DNA of 64,000 nt from Chloroflexota bacterium (GCA_041390945.1 JAWKOY010000018.1:61237-125236); one strand, 5' to 3'; shown: positions 1 to 11,505, counted from the stretch's first letter. The notes: generated from the letters alone by a model not told the origin. Translations and numbers: made by a program.

Positions 1-73
1 TACCAGAAGTAGAAGGGGATGATGAGCACGGACGAAAGATGAGGGCACCGGTGCGGCGCTTGGAGATGAACAT
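1..73 (-). CDS. 5' end of a gene running off the window, divergent from rpsF (possibly a membrane protein)
   Basis: Minus-strand TTGACA (108-103), TATAAT (87-82), then ATG at 73. A hydrophobic stretch (LSSVLIIPFYFW) appears in a shifted frame. Confidence 0.35.
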   Translation of the reverse strand, partial: MFISKRRTGALIFRPCSSSPSTSG

Positions 74-126
74 CGCGGGCTATTATAACCACTGGATGAA
101 TGTGTCAACCTGACCCTCAGGGAGTC

Positions 127-154
127 TTGATTTTTCACAGATCGCTGCTAGAAT
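127..154 (+). promoter_or_regulatory. sigma70-type promoter of rpsF-ssb-rpsR
   Basis: TTGATT-N16-TAGAAT with TGn extension (TGCTAGAAT). Confidence 0.6.
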
Positions 155-194
155 AGCGAATTCGTTGTACGGCAATGAGAAAAGACTCGATAAG

Positions 195-270
195 CCGTTT
201 CCGCCCTTGGATGCGTTGCTGCGCGGGACCAAGGGCATACTCGCAAGAGATATTCCACGGAAAAGGAGAT
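195..270 (+). ncRNA. structured rpsF 5' leader, candidate S6:S18 autoregulatory element
   Basis: GCCCTTGG (203-210) pairs with CCAAGGGC (229-236); CTC-GCAA-GAG GNRA hairpin (240-249); TTTCC (198-202) pairs with GGAAA (259-263) next to the AAGGAG SD. Confidence 0.5.
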
Positions 271-277
271 TTGCAGC

Positions 278-568
278 GTGCGTGATTACGAAGTAACCGT
301 TGTTATTCAACCTCAATTAGAAGAGGCGGAGCGTAACCAACTGATCGAGCGTATTGCCGAGTTGCTGGTTCCTGGCCAAAAAGAAGAAGACATCACGATT
401 AACCAGTGGGGTCTTCGCCGCCTTGCATACCCCGTCAAGAAATTTGAAGAAGGCTATTACGTTTTCTACGAGGCCAATATTGATCCGACCAGTCTGGTAG
501 AGATTGAACGGACCATGCGGTACATCGAAGACGTACTGCGCTATCTGGTTATTCGCAAAGACGAGTAA
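278..568 (+). CDS. rpsF: 30S ribosomal protein S6
   Basis: MRDYE...WGLRRLAYPVKK...GYY...VLRYL; AAGGAG SD; GTG start. Confidence 0.97.
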   Translation: MRDYEVTVVIQPQLEEAERNQLIERIAELLVPGQKEEDITINQWGLRRLAYPVKKFEEGYYVFYEANIDPTSLVEIERTMRYIEDVLRYLVIRKDE

Positions 569-585
569 GGCTGGTTCGCAGGGTC

Positions 586-924
586 ATGTCCGGCATGAGA
601 GGCCTGAACAAAGTCATGGTGATTGGCTGGCTCCATGAGGAGCCGGAAGTTCGCCAGACGCCAAGCGGCCGTTCTGTGGCTTCATTCAGCGTGTCTACCT
701 CCCGGAGTTGGACGACTTCGGAAGGCGATCGTCATGAGGAAACGGAGTGGTTCAGCGTGATTGCCTGGGGCAATCTGGCCGACCTGTGCCGTGAACGCCT
801 GGCTGCCGGTCAACAGGTTTATATTGAAGGTCGTCTACATACCCGTAGTTGGGATGACGATCAGGGTCGTAAGAATTTTCGAACAGAAATTGTCGCACAG
901 GAAATCCTTGTGCTTGCAGATTGA
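586..924 (+). CDS. ssb: single-stranded DNA-binding protein (OB fold only, no acidic tail)
   Basis: LNKVMVIG, ETEWFSVIAWGNLA, VYIEGRLHTRSW; rpsF-ssb-rpsR synteny. Confidence 0.93.
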   Translation: MSGMRGLNKVMVIGWLHEEPEVRQTPSGRSVASFSVSTSRSWTTSEGDRHEETEWFSVIAWGNLADLCRERLAAGQQVYIEGRLHTRSWDDDQGRKNFRTEIVAQEILVLAD

Positions 925-938
925 CAGAGGTACTAAAC

Positions 939-1175
939 ATGCAGTCATCTAACCGTCAACGTCGTTACCGCAATTCGCGCCGCGTCTGCGCATTTTGCGT
1001 GGATAAGGTCACTATTGATTACAAGCAGCCTGATGCTTTGGGCCGATACGTCAATGACTTCGGTCGCATTCGGCCGCGCCGACAGACCGGAACATGTGCC
1101 AAGCACCAGCGTGTACTGGCCCGCGAGATCAAGCGTGCCCGCCACCTGGCCTTGTTGCCGTTCGTCTCCGACTAG
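939..1175 (+). CDS. rpsR: 30S ribosomal protein S18 (Zn-binding C+ form)
   Basis: CAFC...IDYK...GRIRPRRQTGTCAKHQR...RARHLALLPF; GAGG SD before ATG 939. Confidence 0.97.
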   Translation: MQSSNRQRRYRNSRRVCAFCVDKVTIDYKQPDALGRYVNDFGRIRPRRQTGTCAKHQRVLAREIKRARHLALLPFVSD

Positions 1176-1214
1176 TCTTCGTTCATCTTCCTGACTCGAT
1201 CATTTTGAATATCT

Positions 1215-2596
1215 ATGACGAAGAAAAGTCAAAAAACGACAAACAACGACGAAGATAAACGCCAATCCCGTAAGGACATCCTCGTTGCGCGCAAGCAGGA
1301 GCGAGACCTGCGGAACCTGCGTATCGCCATCGGTATAATCCTGGGGATGGTTGGCATTGTTATCGTTGTTGCTCTGGTAAATGAATTAATCGTTACTCCA
1401 AACCGGCCGGTTATTACGCTTGGCGATGCAACCGTGTCAATGAAAGATTGGCAGGACCGTGTCCAGTATGAACGCGCTCAGCGAGTCATCTACCTGGAAA
1501 ATCAGTATGATGCGTTTGGCGGTGATGTCGGACTTGTCCAGCAGTTTGGATCGCAGGCTATCACAGATCTTCTTGATCCGGAGGGTTTGGGGCAGACAAC
1601 GATTGATACCATGGCCGATGAGCTAGCCATTTGTGGCGCTCTGGAGGATCGTGGCATAACGATCACTGACGCTGACATTGATGCAGAGATTGGTGCAGCG
1701 TTCAATTACTTCGATGGGCAATCGCCGACTGAGACGCCGGATCCGACGGCGACCATCATGCCGACACCATCCCTGACGCCGATACCGGTCGAAGGGGCTG
1801 AAGCAACGCCTACTGTAGAGCCTTCACCAACGCCAACAGCCGGTCCGACTGCGACGGCATTACCTACACCGACACCGGTGTCCGAGGCATCGTTCCAGGA
1901 GCAGTTTGGTGAGATATTGACTTCTCTCCAGGAACAGGGTGTGGACGAGGCGACGTATCGTCAGGTTGTCCGTGCCCAGCTCTGCCGGGATCGGTTCGCT
2001 GATGTGTTGGCCGAGGAACAGGGCATGCCTACCATCGCTCCGCATGCCAGTATCTTCTTGATTGCCTTTGACAATGAGGACGAGGCAACGGCCGCTGCAG
2101 CCGGGATAACGGATAGTCAATCCTATCTGACTGAATGGAATACGGTTCGCAGTCAACCGGCGCCTACGACTGAAGATGATCCTGTGCCCACATCGGCTTC
2201 TTACGAGCTGCTGAGCGTACACAGGATAGTCTGGCGAACTCCATTGGTTCAGAGATTGCTGCGGCTGCCTTTGAGCTGGGCATAGATGAACCCAGCGGTG
2301 TCTTTACGGTGCCCAATGGGGATGGAACCTCATCATACTATGTCATCATGGTTAGCGGCCGCGAGGATCGTGAGCTCTCTGACACAGAACTGGAATCCCA
2401 ACAACAGGAATTGGTGCAATCATTCCTGGACGACGCAATTGTTGGTAATCTAGTAATTGATGAGTCCTGGCGAAACCGGGTGCCGAATACACCTTTGCTG
2501 GACCCGAAATTCCTCGTTTCACCTACGGCCGTACCGACACCAACCTTTGAGGTTGGCGTAACAGACGTTCCGTCTACGCCGGACAGCGGTGAGTAA
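1215..2596 (+). CDS. membrane-anchored SurA/PrsA-like foldase with Pro/Thr-rich insert (frameshift near 2215-2290)
   Basis: N-terminal TM; SurA-N-like GITITDADIDAEI; degenerate parvulin-like region; ORFs 1215-2285 and 2309-2596 join. Confidence 0.65.
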
Positions 2597-2629
2597 ACCA
2601 CGGGGAGTAGGACGGTAACTGATATTTAG

Positions 2630-2664
2630 AAGGGCCAGATACGTATGTCTGGCCCTTTTGTTTT
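2630..2664 (+). terminator. Rho-independent terminator
   Basis: AAGGGCCAGA...TCTGGCCCTT followed by TTGTTTT. Confidence 0.8.
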
Positions 2665-2670
2665 CGACGA

Positions 2671-3432
2671 ATGATGATAGGCGACTCGCTACTTAACTGG
2701 ATCTCCGGCATTGTATCCGTTCAGACTACGGTCAATGGGGGGAATCGGGAAGTTACTCGTATTCTCGTGCAACAGGATCGGCTGGACGGCCCCACCGCCC
2801 GATTACAACAGTCTGCCCGTGAGAAAGCGATACCTTTGGAACGAGTTGAGGAAGCGGTCCTCCGCGAACTGGCCGGCCAGGAGCACCATGGCGGTGTTCT
2901 GGCTGAGGTTGGGCCACGGCAATACCTGCCCCTGGATGAACTGATAGAAGGACCTGAAGTTCCGGCCATCATCATGCTGGATGGTGTGGAAGATCCTTAC
3001 AATCTGGGCCAGGCGATACGTTCACTGTATGCAGCTGGTGTTACCGGTTTGGTATTGCGCTCAAGGAAATGGCTGTCGTCCAGTGATACGATCATCCGGG
3101 CTTCGGCCGGAGCATCAGAGCTTATGCCTACCTCAATAGTTGACGGACCGGAATCGGCCATGACGTTCTTTCGGGCACAGGGTTTGATCATCATGGCTGC
3201 TACCCGTGATGACGCTGTGCCGATGTATGATGCAGGCTTGCAGCGGCCGTTCTTTCTGATGATTGGTGGAGAGCGCCGGGGCATCAGTCGTGGATTACAG
3301 CGCCAGGCTGACGTACGTGTCTCCATCCCTTACGGCCGATCCTATGGTGCTTCATTAGGCGCATCTGCCGCGTCGGCCGTTCTTGGGTTTGAGATACTTC
3401 GGCAGCGAACTGGCCTGGATCAGGAGGCTTGA
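2671..3432 (+). CDS. TrmH/RlmB-family SPOUT RNA methyltransferase
   Basis: HGGVLA, LDGVEDPYNLGQAIRS, IGGERRGI, VSIP...SLGASAA motifs. Confidence 0.88.
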   Translation: MMIGDSLLNWISGIVSVQTTVNGGNREVTRILVQQDRLDGPTARLQQSAREKAIPLERVEEAVLRELAGQEHHGGVLAEVGPRQYLPLDELIEGPEVPAIIMLDGVEDPYNLGQAIRSLYAAGVTGLVLRSRKWLSSSDTIIRASAGASELMPTSIVDGPESAMTFFRAQGLIIMAATRDDAVPMYDAGLQRPFFLMIGGERRGISRGLQRQADVRVSIPYGRSYGASLGASAASAVLGFEILRQRTGLDQEA

Positions 3433-3592
3433 TGTGAGTTTCGCCGGGGTGTCTGGGGCATGTTATAATTTGCTCCGGTTACGATTTTCAATTCAGGCAT
3501 ACGTGAGCCCGTTTGCCATTCGACGCGCCCGGTCAGCCGGGTCAGCCAGAATGACTTCCAGCCAATTACAATAAACGACGAAGGAGTGCTGA

Positions 3593-4750
3593 GTGAATCT
3601 ACACGAGTATCAGGCAAAACGCCTTTTCGCCGAGCACGGAGTGCCGATTCCCAATGGTGAAGTGGCAACAACCCCGGAGGAAGCTCGCGCCATAGCGAGT
3701 GAACTCGGCGGCAAGGTCGTGGTCAAGGCCCAGGTCCTGACCGGTGGCCGTGGTAAAGCCGGTGGTGTCAAACTGGCAAAGACCCCGGATGAAGCGGCAG
3801 CGGCAGCGGCTGATATCCTGGGTATGGATATTAAGGACTGACCGTTCACAAGGTTCTTGTGGACGAGCAGTCGACCGGGCGGGATTGACCAGGAGCTGTA
3901 TCTGGCCGTGCTGATCGATCGCGGCCGGCGTTTGCCCATGGTCATGGCCTCGGCCGCAGGCGGCATGGATATCGAAGAGGTGGCTGACAAGACACCGGAG
4001 AAAATCCACACTGTTCATATTGACCCCATGCTGGGCGTCCGCAGTTATCAGACAACTTACCTGGCGGCCCAGATGGGACTGCCGCGCGAGTTGTGGCGCG
4101 ATTTTTACGCTATCGTCTCTGAGCTATACGCTTGCTTCGAAGCAAATGATGCGTCACTGACCGAGATTAACCCACTGGTTATCACAGGCGACGGCAAGTT
4201 GATGGCCCTGGACGGCAAGATGTCGGTTGATGACAACGCGCTGCCCGGCCATCCGGAACTGGCTGCCATGCGTGATGTGGAAGTGGAACCGGAATCCGAA
4301 CGCGATGCGCGGGAAGCGGGCATCACCTTTATTCAGCTTGACGGTAACATTGGCTGTATGGTCAATGGGGCCGGTCTGGCGATGGCGACCATGGACATTA
4401 CCAAACTCTATGGTGGGCAGCCGGCTAACTTCCTCGATATCGGTGGCGGTGCCCGCGCAGATCAGGTAGCAACCGCCTTAAAGCTCATCCTTTCCGATCC
4501 CAATGTGGAGGCGGTTCTGTTCAATATCTTCGGCGGCATTACCCGTGGCGATGAAGTGGCCCGTGGTATCTTGCAGGCACTGGAACAGATTGATACGGAC
4601 GTACCGATGGTTGTTCGTCTGGCCGGAACCAATGCCGAAGAAGGGCTGGCCTTGCTGGCCGAAGCAGACATGACTACAGCCACAACATTGTCTGAGGCTG
4701 CACAAAAAGCGGTGGCGGCTGCCAATGCTGTCAGTGGGAGGGAAGCATGA
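3593..4750 (+). CDS. sucC: succinyl-CoA synthetase beta subunit (frameshifts near 3836-3875)
   Basis: [51 protein letters not shown]. Confidence 0.95.
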
Positions 4751-5616
4751 GCATCTTAATTGACAAGAATACACGCTTGCTGGTTCAGGGCATCACCGGT
4801 CGGGAAGGAACGTTCCATACCTTGCAGATGCTTGAGTATGGCACCAACGTCGTGGGCGGCGTCGTGCCCGGCAAGGGCGGCCAGACGTTTGAGCCGGGAA
4901 CATATGACATTCCTGTTTACCATACCGCCGCTGAAGCTGTAGCCGAGACCAACGCCAACGCCAGCGTCATTTTTGTGCCCGCCAAGTTCGCACCGGATGC
5001 GATGTACGAAGCAGCCGATGCGGGCATTCCCCTGATAATTTGCCTGACCGAGCACATTCCCGTTCTGGAGATGATCTCCGTCCGCAACTATCTGGACCGA
5101 AAGGGTGTAAAACTGCTGGGACCGAATTGCCCCGGATTGATCACACCGGGACAGGCCAAGGTCGGTATTATCCCCGGCTCCATCGTCGCCCCCGGCAATG
5201 TCGGGGTTGTGTCCCGGAGCGGTACGTTGACCTATGAAGTTGTCTTTGCCCTTACTCAACGTGGCATGGGCCAGTCAACCTGTGTGGGTATCGGTGGCGA
5301 TCCCATTCAGGGGATGAACTTCATTGATGTGTTGGAGCAGTTTGAGGCCGATCCGGAGACGGAGCAGGTCATCATGATCGGTGAAATTGGCGGAAATGCT
5401 GAAGAGAAAGCGGCCGCCTTTATTTCTGAGCATATGACCAAGCCTGTCACCTCATTCATTGCCGGGCGCACTGCGCCTCCGGGACGTCGCATGGGCCATG
5501 CCGGGGCTATTGTCGAGGGCAAGAGTGGTACGGCCGAAGGCAAGATTGAAGCATTACAGGCGGCCGGTGTGCAGGTTGCCGACAATCCGGATCAGATTGT
5601 GGAGATGATTGCCTGA
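4747..5616 (+). CDS. sucD: succinyl-CoA synthetase alpha subunit
   Basis: [34 protein letters not shown] (phospho-His). Confidence 0.97.
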   Translation: MSILIDKNTRLLVQGITGREGTFHTLQMLEYGTNVVGGVVPGKGGQTFEPGTYDIPVYHTAAEAVAETNANASVIFVPAKFAPDAMYEAADAGIPLIICLTEHIPVLEMISVRNYLDRKGVKLLGPNCPGLITPGQAKVGIIPGSIVAPGNVGVVSRSGTLTYEVVFALTQRGMGQSTCVGIGGDPIQGMNFIDVLEQFEADPETEQVIMIGEIGGNAEEKAAAFISEHMTKPVTSFIAGRTAPPGRRMGHAGAIVEGKSGTAEGKIEALQAAGVQVADNPDQIVEMIA

Positions 5617-5709
5617 CATCCTCTCATCTCGCCCTGAAAACGAGACCTTTCGCCGCAAGACACCGGGAAGTTGCTTCCGGTGTCTTGCGGTTTCCATTAT
5701 CCTAGAAGC

Positions 5710-8071
5710 ATGGTAAGTCGTATACAACGCGTTTTGCACCGGATTGATCCGGGCTATTTTGTGGTCCTGCTCATCGCGTTAATTGCCGTATGGCCGTTCA
5801 TCAGTCGCCCCAGTCTGCCGGAGGGAACCGATGCCGAGCTACATATTTTCCGGCTATATGAACTCAGCCAGTTGGTTCGCGGCGGTGAACTGTATCCCCG
5901 CTGGGCTCCGGACTTCTATCATGGTTACGGCTACCCCATCTTCAACTACTATGCACCGCTAACGTATTATCTTGGCTTGCCCCTGGAGCTTTTGCCCGGG
6001 GTAGACGCGGTGCTGGCGATTAAAACGCTGTTCGTGGCCGGTATTGTTCTGGCAGGTATCGGACTCTACGGATTTACTCGTGACAATTGGGGACGGCCAG
6101 CGGGCTTTGTGGCTGCGGCCATGATGATGTACGCGCCGTATGTGCAGTATATTGATCCCCATATGCGCGGTGCGCTCCCTGAATCCTTTAGCTTCGCTGT
6201 ATTTGCCCTGGCGTTATGGGCCTTGGACGGGTTGCGACGACGGCCGAGCCTGGGCTCGTGGTCGGCATCTATACTGCTGGTAGCGGCCGTTATCCTGAGC
6301 CACAATCTGATGGCGCTGCTTTTCTTTGGGCTTCTTTTCGCCTGGGTTGTTTGGCAAATTGGCCTGAACTGGCTGGCTCGCTCAGGTGATAGCCGGCCTC
6401 GGTCTACCCTTCAGGATGTACTGGCCGGTACGGGTGGGCGCCTGGTGATTGCGCTGGGGTTGGGCCTGGGGCTGGCCGCCTTTTTTTGGCTGCCGGTTGC
6501 CCTGGAACGCAATGCGGTGAACCTCTCAACCTTAATCGGTGCCGGTGACAACTACGATTTTCGCACCCACTTTCTGTCATTGCGGGAGATGCTGTCTTTC
6601 TCCCAACGGCCGGATTGGGGTGCGACTCAATCCCCATTTGTGTTTAATCTGGGTGTGGCGCAGTGGATTGGCGGGCTTCTGGGTATTGTACTGCTGCTAC
6701 TCGACCGTGTTCGGCAGAGAGGGCAACTAACCTTTTTTGCCCTTACCCTGCTGGGCCTCCTGTTTCTGATGCTCCCTATCTCGTCCCTTGTGTGGGAGTT
6801 TCTGCCGTTCATGGCCTACTTCCAGTTTCCCTGGCGACTGCTGGGTGGGGTGGCGGTGATGCTGGCGGTACTGGCCGGGGCCGGCTTTTCTGCTTTGGGA
6901 TCGCTGGCAAAGACGAGTCGGTTTCAATCGTGGTTCCCGGCAGCCGGTGTTGCTTTGCCCATGCTGTTGGCCTTGCCCTTGAGCCAGCCTGCACCGTGGG
7001 AGCCGTTCGGGGAAGTCAACATGCTGCGCATGACCCTCATTGAGAACAGCGGCCGTTGGCTAGGCACAACCTCAACGGCCGATTATGTTCCCGCCACAGT
7101 AGAAATGCTGCCCGGTCGCAAAGGGTCAGTCGTTGAGAATTTTGCTCTGGGGTTACCACCAGATCGCGTGAACCATGAGGCTATGCCTGATGGAGCTATA
7201 GTTGAGACGGAGAATGTCCGTCCGTTATTGACACGTTATTATGTGACAGCCCCCAAGCAATTTCGTCTGCGCCTGTTTCAGTTTGATTGTCCCGGCTGGC
7301 AGGTAACCGTTGACGGTCAACCGGCAGAGACTGAACTCGCCAGCCCGGAGGGGTTTATTGTGGTCATCGTACCCCAGGGTGAACATGTGGTGGAGGTCCG
7401 GTTTGGGAGCACCCCGGCCCGCACGCTGGCCTGGATAATTAGCCTGGCTTCGTTGTTGGCGGCCGTTGCTTATGGCTGGTGGATTTCAAGGATATCCCAT
7501 GATGTAGATGCCGCGAATGTACGGGGACAAGAGGCCTGGCGGCAGGAATCCGTCCTTCCTGCGACAGCCACGGCGGGTGTTATTACTCTGGTATTTCTCT
7601 TGCTTCAACCGCTTGGGCTATTTCACTATGAATCTTCCGGCATGACGCTGGACCGTCCGGCAACTGCGGTTGCCGCAAACTTCGGGGATCAGATTGCGTT
7701 GTTGGGATTTGACCCCCTGACGGAAAATGCCCAACCGGGTGACCGGATCACCCTGTCGCTTTTCTGGAAGGCCACACAATCTCTGGATATAGATTATCAG
7801 TCATTTGTCCACGTCTTTGATGAAACTGGAGCGTTGGTCACCCAATCCGACAAGCTGAATCCGGGTGAGTTCCCGACCCACGCTGGCCGTTAGACAAGTA
7901 CGTTCCTGACGAGCATACGCCTGTGCTGCTGTCAGATTTGCTTCCCGGCATTTACACGGTGGCCGCAGGGCTTTGGGTCCAGAACGAGGGTTGGCGTCTT
8001 CCGGTACTGGACAGTTCGGGCAGGAACAGACCGGCGATAACATGCCCCTGTTCACATTTGTGGTGGAATAA
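5710..8071 (+). CDS. polytopic GT-C/YfhO-like membrane glycosyltransferase with C-terminal extracellular domain (frameshift near 7880)
   Basis: LYPRWAPDFYHGYGYPIFNYYAPL, RGALPE, FQFPWRLL, PGWQVTVDG; many TM segments. Confidence 0.75.
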
Positions 8072-8635
8072 ATGTCAATGCGTGTGATTAGCGGTACGGC
8101 CAAAGGTCGTAAACTGAGACGGGTTCCCGGCGACAGCACACGGCCGATTATGGATCGTGTCAAGGAAAGCCTGTTTAATATCCTGGGAACAAGCGTGTCC
8201 GGCCAGACATGGTTGGACCTTTTTGCCGACCGGACAGGCGGTATCGAGGCGTTGAGCCGGGGTGCAGCGAACGTTGTGTTTACCGATAATGCAGGCCGTT
8301 ATTCAGACGATACGCGATAATCTGGCAACGACAGGCTTGGCGGCGAACGCAACAGTCATTCAAACCGATGCATTTGCGTATCTGCGGGATCGAATGGGTG
8401 CTCCCGTGGAGGATCTATATCGCCCCGCCACAATATCAGCAGTTATGGCAGGAGGCGTTGCACATAGTGGATAAGGCCCCGAACCGATACCTGAACGAGG
8501 ATGGCCTGGCGATTGTCCAAACGATCCGTTAGAGTTTGAAGATATGGAATTGGCGAATCTGGAGTTAACCGATCAGCGGAAGCATGGCAACACCTTACTG
8601 TGCTTCTCTATGAACCCATTCCAGAAGAAGATTAA
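8072..8635 (+). CDS. rsmD: 16S rRNA m2G966 methyltransferase (several frameshifts)
   Basis: MRVISGTAKGRKL, TRPIMDRVKESLFNIL, LDLFA, GIEALSRGA. Confidence 0.88.
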
Positions 8636-9410
8636 ATCGTTGTCCAGTGTGAACTGGTGACGCACTGCCCACCATTGCCCAGGCGATCTGTCGCGTGCAG
8701 CCGGGCCAGCAGGGACCATCGGCCCACTGGCTCAAATCCGCAGCCCCCACTCCTCAATGACCGGTTGGGCCACAGGACTGGTTGTCAGAGGGGCCCACTC
8801 ACCGGCCGTTTGTGGTCCGTTTAGTTCAATAACGTACTGGTGGGTTTCGCCGCAGTTTCTGCTGTGCCTCTGAAAGACGACACCGGCAAAAGCGACAGAC
8901 CCTTCAAGCGAGCCGAGAAGTTCAATTCCGGTGTGCACCCGGTAAAAAGAAGTTGCGCAGCCTCCGGCGTTTCTTCTGATTCCGGTGTGGTTGGCAAATT
9001 CTCTTCCGGGCCGGTGCGCCACCCAGTTCAGGTGGTAAGGTGGCGGTGGGAGCCAGAGCCGGGCTATTGTCGGCTCCGCCTGATTCCTCGCTACCTCCGA
9101 TAGGCGTTGGGGAAGATAGCGGCGTGGCAAAGATGTTGGGAGTTGGGCTGGGAGGGACCAGCAGTTCTGGGGAGGGATGGGGCAACGCGGGCATCAGTAC
9201 ACGATGCCGATGACTTGGCCAGGAAAAGAGCACGAAGCTCAGGGCATTATTTCGTAGCCGTGTAGCCGTTTCCCGCTCAATGTTGAACATTGCCTGGCGC
9301 AGTTGGCGTTGTGACCGGAAAAGCTCGACCAGATACCAGAGCAGGCCGGCGGCGCTGACAATATAGATCCAGACATCGTTGCGAATGAGAAAGAGATAGA
9401 TGCGATCCAT
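8632..9410 (-). CDS. hypothetical membrane protein with Pro/Thr-rich linker (frameshifted; 3' end approximate)
   Basis: ORF 8922-9410 has two TM-like segments and a P/T/S linker; the reading continues in other frames to about 8632. Confidence 0.55.
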
Positions 9411-9525
9411 GTGATTGGCAGACTTACTTGATCAGGCGGCAAGCAAAAGCCCTGACTGTGGCAAGATGAACTGACAGGTTACGATGACCATGATTGAAAC
9501 TTTGGCGGTGGTTGGCCGGTGGAGC

Positions 9526-10389
9526 CTATCCCAATTCCCGCACGACACCGCGAATGACTTCAATGAGTCGTGGTACGGCGCGTTGCCCGGCAGCCAGGAC
9601 ATCTTCATGTGACTGCTGGGTTCCGGGAACCGGGTCGGGCAAGGCCATATTACTGATGGTCGAAATGCCCAACACCCGCATGCCCATATGCCGGGCTGTC
9701 ACTGTTGAGGGGGCCGTAGACATGCCCACTGCGTCTCCCCCGGCAAATTGCAGGAACCGCAACTCAGCCGGTGTCTCAAAGCTCGGTCCGGCTACATAGG
9801 CGTAGACGCCCTCCTGCATTTCGAATCCTGCGTTACGCGCTGCCTGATGGGCCAGCGTTCGTAGTTCCGGATCGTAGGCATCGGTCATATCGGGGAAGCG
9901 TGGTCCCAGAGAATTATCATTGGGTCCGTACAGCGGATTGTGGCCGGCCATGCCGGGAAAGTTCAGGTGATCGCGAATGACCATCAGATCGCCTGCCTGG
10001 AAACTGGGATTCAGACCGCCGGCAGCGTTGGTCAGGATAAGCGTCTTTACACCCAGCGCGTGCATCACACGGGGCGGGAGCGCGAGCTGACTCATATCAT
10101 AACCCTCATAAAAGTGAGAGCGCCCTTGCAAGACAAGCACCTCCCGGCCTTCCAGGTATCCGAATACCAGTCGACCGGAGTGCCCGGCTACGGTTGATAC
10201 CGGCCAGTGCGGAATTTCGTTTGTCGGCAAGCTGACGGGTTGTTCCACGGTATCGGCGAGGCTGCTCAATCCTGAGCCCAGAACGATGCCGATTTTAGGA
10301 TGATAAGTGGTTTTACTGCGGATATCGGCCGTTGCGTCTGCTATTTCCGCGGCGGTGATGGTTGTTCCCATTTGGTATTCCGTATTCAC
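9526..10389 (-). CDS. punA: purine-nucleoside phosphorylase (trimeric type)
   Basis: GIVLGSGL, GRSHFYEG, LTNAAGG, GPSFETPAE, VGMST. Confidence 0.93.
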   Translation of the reverse strand: MNTEYQMGTTITAAEIADATADIRSKTTYHPKIGIVLGSGLSSLADTVEQPVSLPTNEIPHWPVSTVAGHSGRLVFGYLEGREVLVLQGRSHFYEGYDMSQLALPPRVMHALGVKTLILTNAAGGLNPSFQAGDLMVIRDHLNFPGMAGHNPLYGPNDNSLGPRFPDMTDAYDPELRTLAHQAARNAGFEMQEGVYAYVAGPSFETPAELRFLQFAGGDAVGMSTAPSTVTARHMGMRVLGISTISNMALPDPVPGTQQSHEDVLAAGQRAVPRLIEVIRGVVRELG

Positions 10390-10424
10390 TTTGGCGGTAG
10401 CACGGCCCTCTTGTCAGGTTAATT

Positions 10425-11306
10425 CTATGTGGTCGTTTCTTCCGCCGATTCCAATTGTGTGTAAATTTGCGTCGTTGAGATGTTCGCGTGCCCCAGAAGT
10501 CGCTGAATTTCTTCCAGGTCTGAGCCCTTGCTCAGCCGGTGGGCGGCGAAACTGTGGCGTAACGTATGGGGCGTCACTTCCGATTCCAAGTCAACCTGCT
10601 TGGCATAGCCCTTAATGATAAGCCAGAGGCCCTGGCGGGTCAGCTTTTCTCCCCGATGATTCAGAAAAAGCGACTGTTCCTGGTCATTCTTGACGAGTTG
10701 GGGACGTCCTTCGGCCAGGTACTTCTCCAAAAGCTCGGCCGTTTCCTTTTCCAGTGGGATTTCCCGCAAGTCGTCGGTTTTTCCTGGTGGGTGGAGAACC
10801 TTGTTTTTGAAGTCAACATCATCCAGTTTGAGGGATACGACCTCCGACACACGCATCCCTGTAGAGTACAGGACGCTGAGTAAGGCCTGATCGCGTAAAT
10901 TCTTGGGGGTGTTCCCGGTTGCAGGTGCTGCCAGTAGCTTGTCTACTTCTTCCAGCGTCAGCGTCTGAGGCAGCCGCTTCTTGACTTTGGGGCTGTCTAT
11001 ATCCAGCGCCGGATTTTCACTAATGATGTGTTCGCCGGTGAGATAATTGAAGAAAGATTTGATCGCCGCGACTTTGCGAGCAATAGTCGAGGAAGCGTAA
11101 GGCTTGGGCTTATTCTTCATGAAGTCGAGATAAGCCTGGATGTAATCGCTATTAACTTCTTCCCAACTGGATATTTTGCGACCCTGAGAATCCTCAACAA
11201 ACCCTAGAAACTGGCCCAGGTCGTTCCTGTAGGCAGCAATTGTATTTTCGGAGTAATGATGCTCCTGCTCCAGGTATTTCAGGAAGGCGAGCAATTGCTC
11301 TTCCAT
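10425..11306 (-). CDS. xerD: XerC/XerD-family tyrosine recombinase
   Basis: SENTIAAYRNDL, TGMRVSE, LFLNHRGEKLTRQG, TPHTLRHSFA, LLGHANISTTQIYT; catalytic R-H-R-H-Y residues present. Confidence 0.9.
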   Translation of the reverse strand: MEEQLLAFLKYLEQEHHYSENTIAAYRNDLGQFLGFVEDSQGRKISSWEEVNSDYIQAYLDFMKNKPKPYASSTIARKVAAIKSFFNYLTGEHIISENPALDIDSPKVKKRLPQTLTLEEVDKLLAAPATGNTPKNLRDQALLSVLYSTGMRVSEVVSLKLDDVDFKNKVLHPPGKTDDLREIPLEKETAELLEKYLAEGRPQLVKNDQEQSLFLNHRGEKLTRQGLWLIIKGYAKQVDLESEVTPHTLRHSFAAHRLSKGSDLEEIQRLLGHANISTTQIYTQLESAEETTT

Positions 11307-11505
11307 GGCCTGTTCTCCCTGCACGATCTTGGGCAGTCTAAATTACGAGCGCTTAATGCGGACCTGCGGCGAATACCGATACGAATTATGAAGTCGCCGT
11401 CGCCTGTACCATGCCAGGCTCATTGGTGATGCCCACCTGTGATTCTTGATAGCGGAACGACAATATATTGATAAACAAATATTATGTCACGCAATTCTTT
11501 ATGTC

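Noticed and set aside
1720-1885. Repetitive ACG/CCG-rich DNA as tandem repeats or CRISPR (also near 25120-25230 and 38280-38480)
   Set aside because: Explained by Pro/Thr-rich protein linkers; there are no fixed-length repeats with spacers.
3839-3841. TGA in sucC as a selenocysteine or readthrough codon
   Set aside because: The conserved sequence (GLTVHKVLV) continues in another frame, so this is a missing base and not recoding.
10425-11306. Tyrosine recombinase as a prophage or island integrase
   Set aside because: It has XerD-like size and motifs and housekeeping neighbours, with no tRNA/att site or cargo genes.
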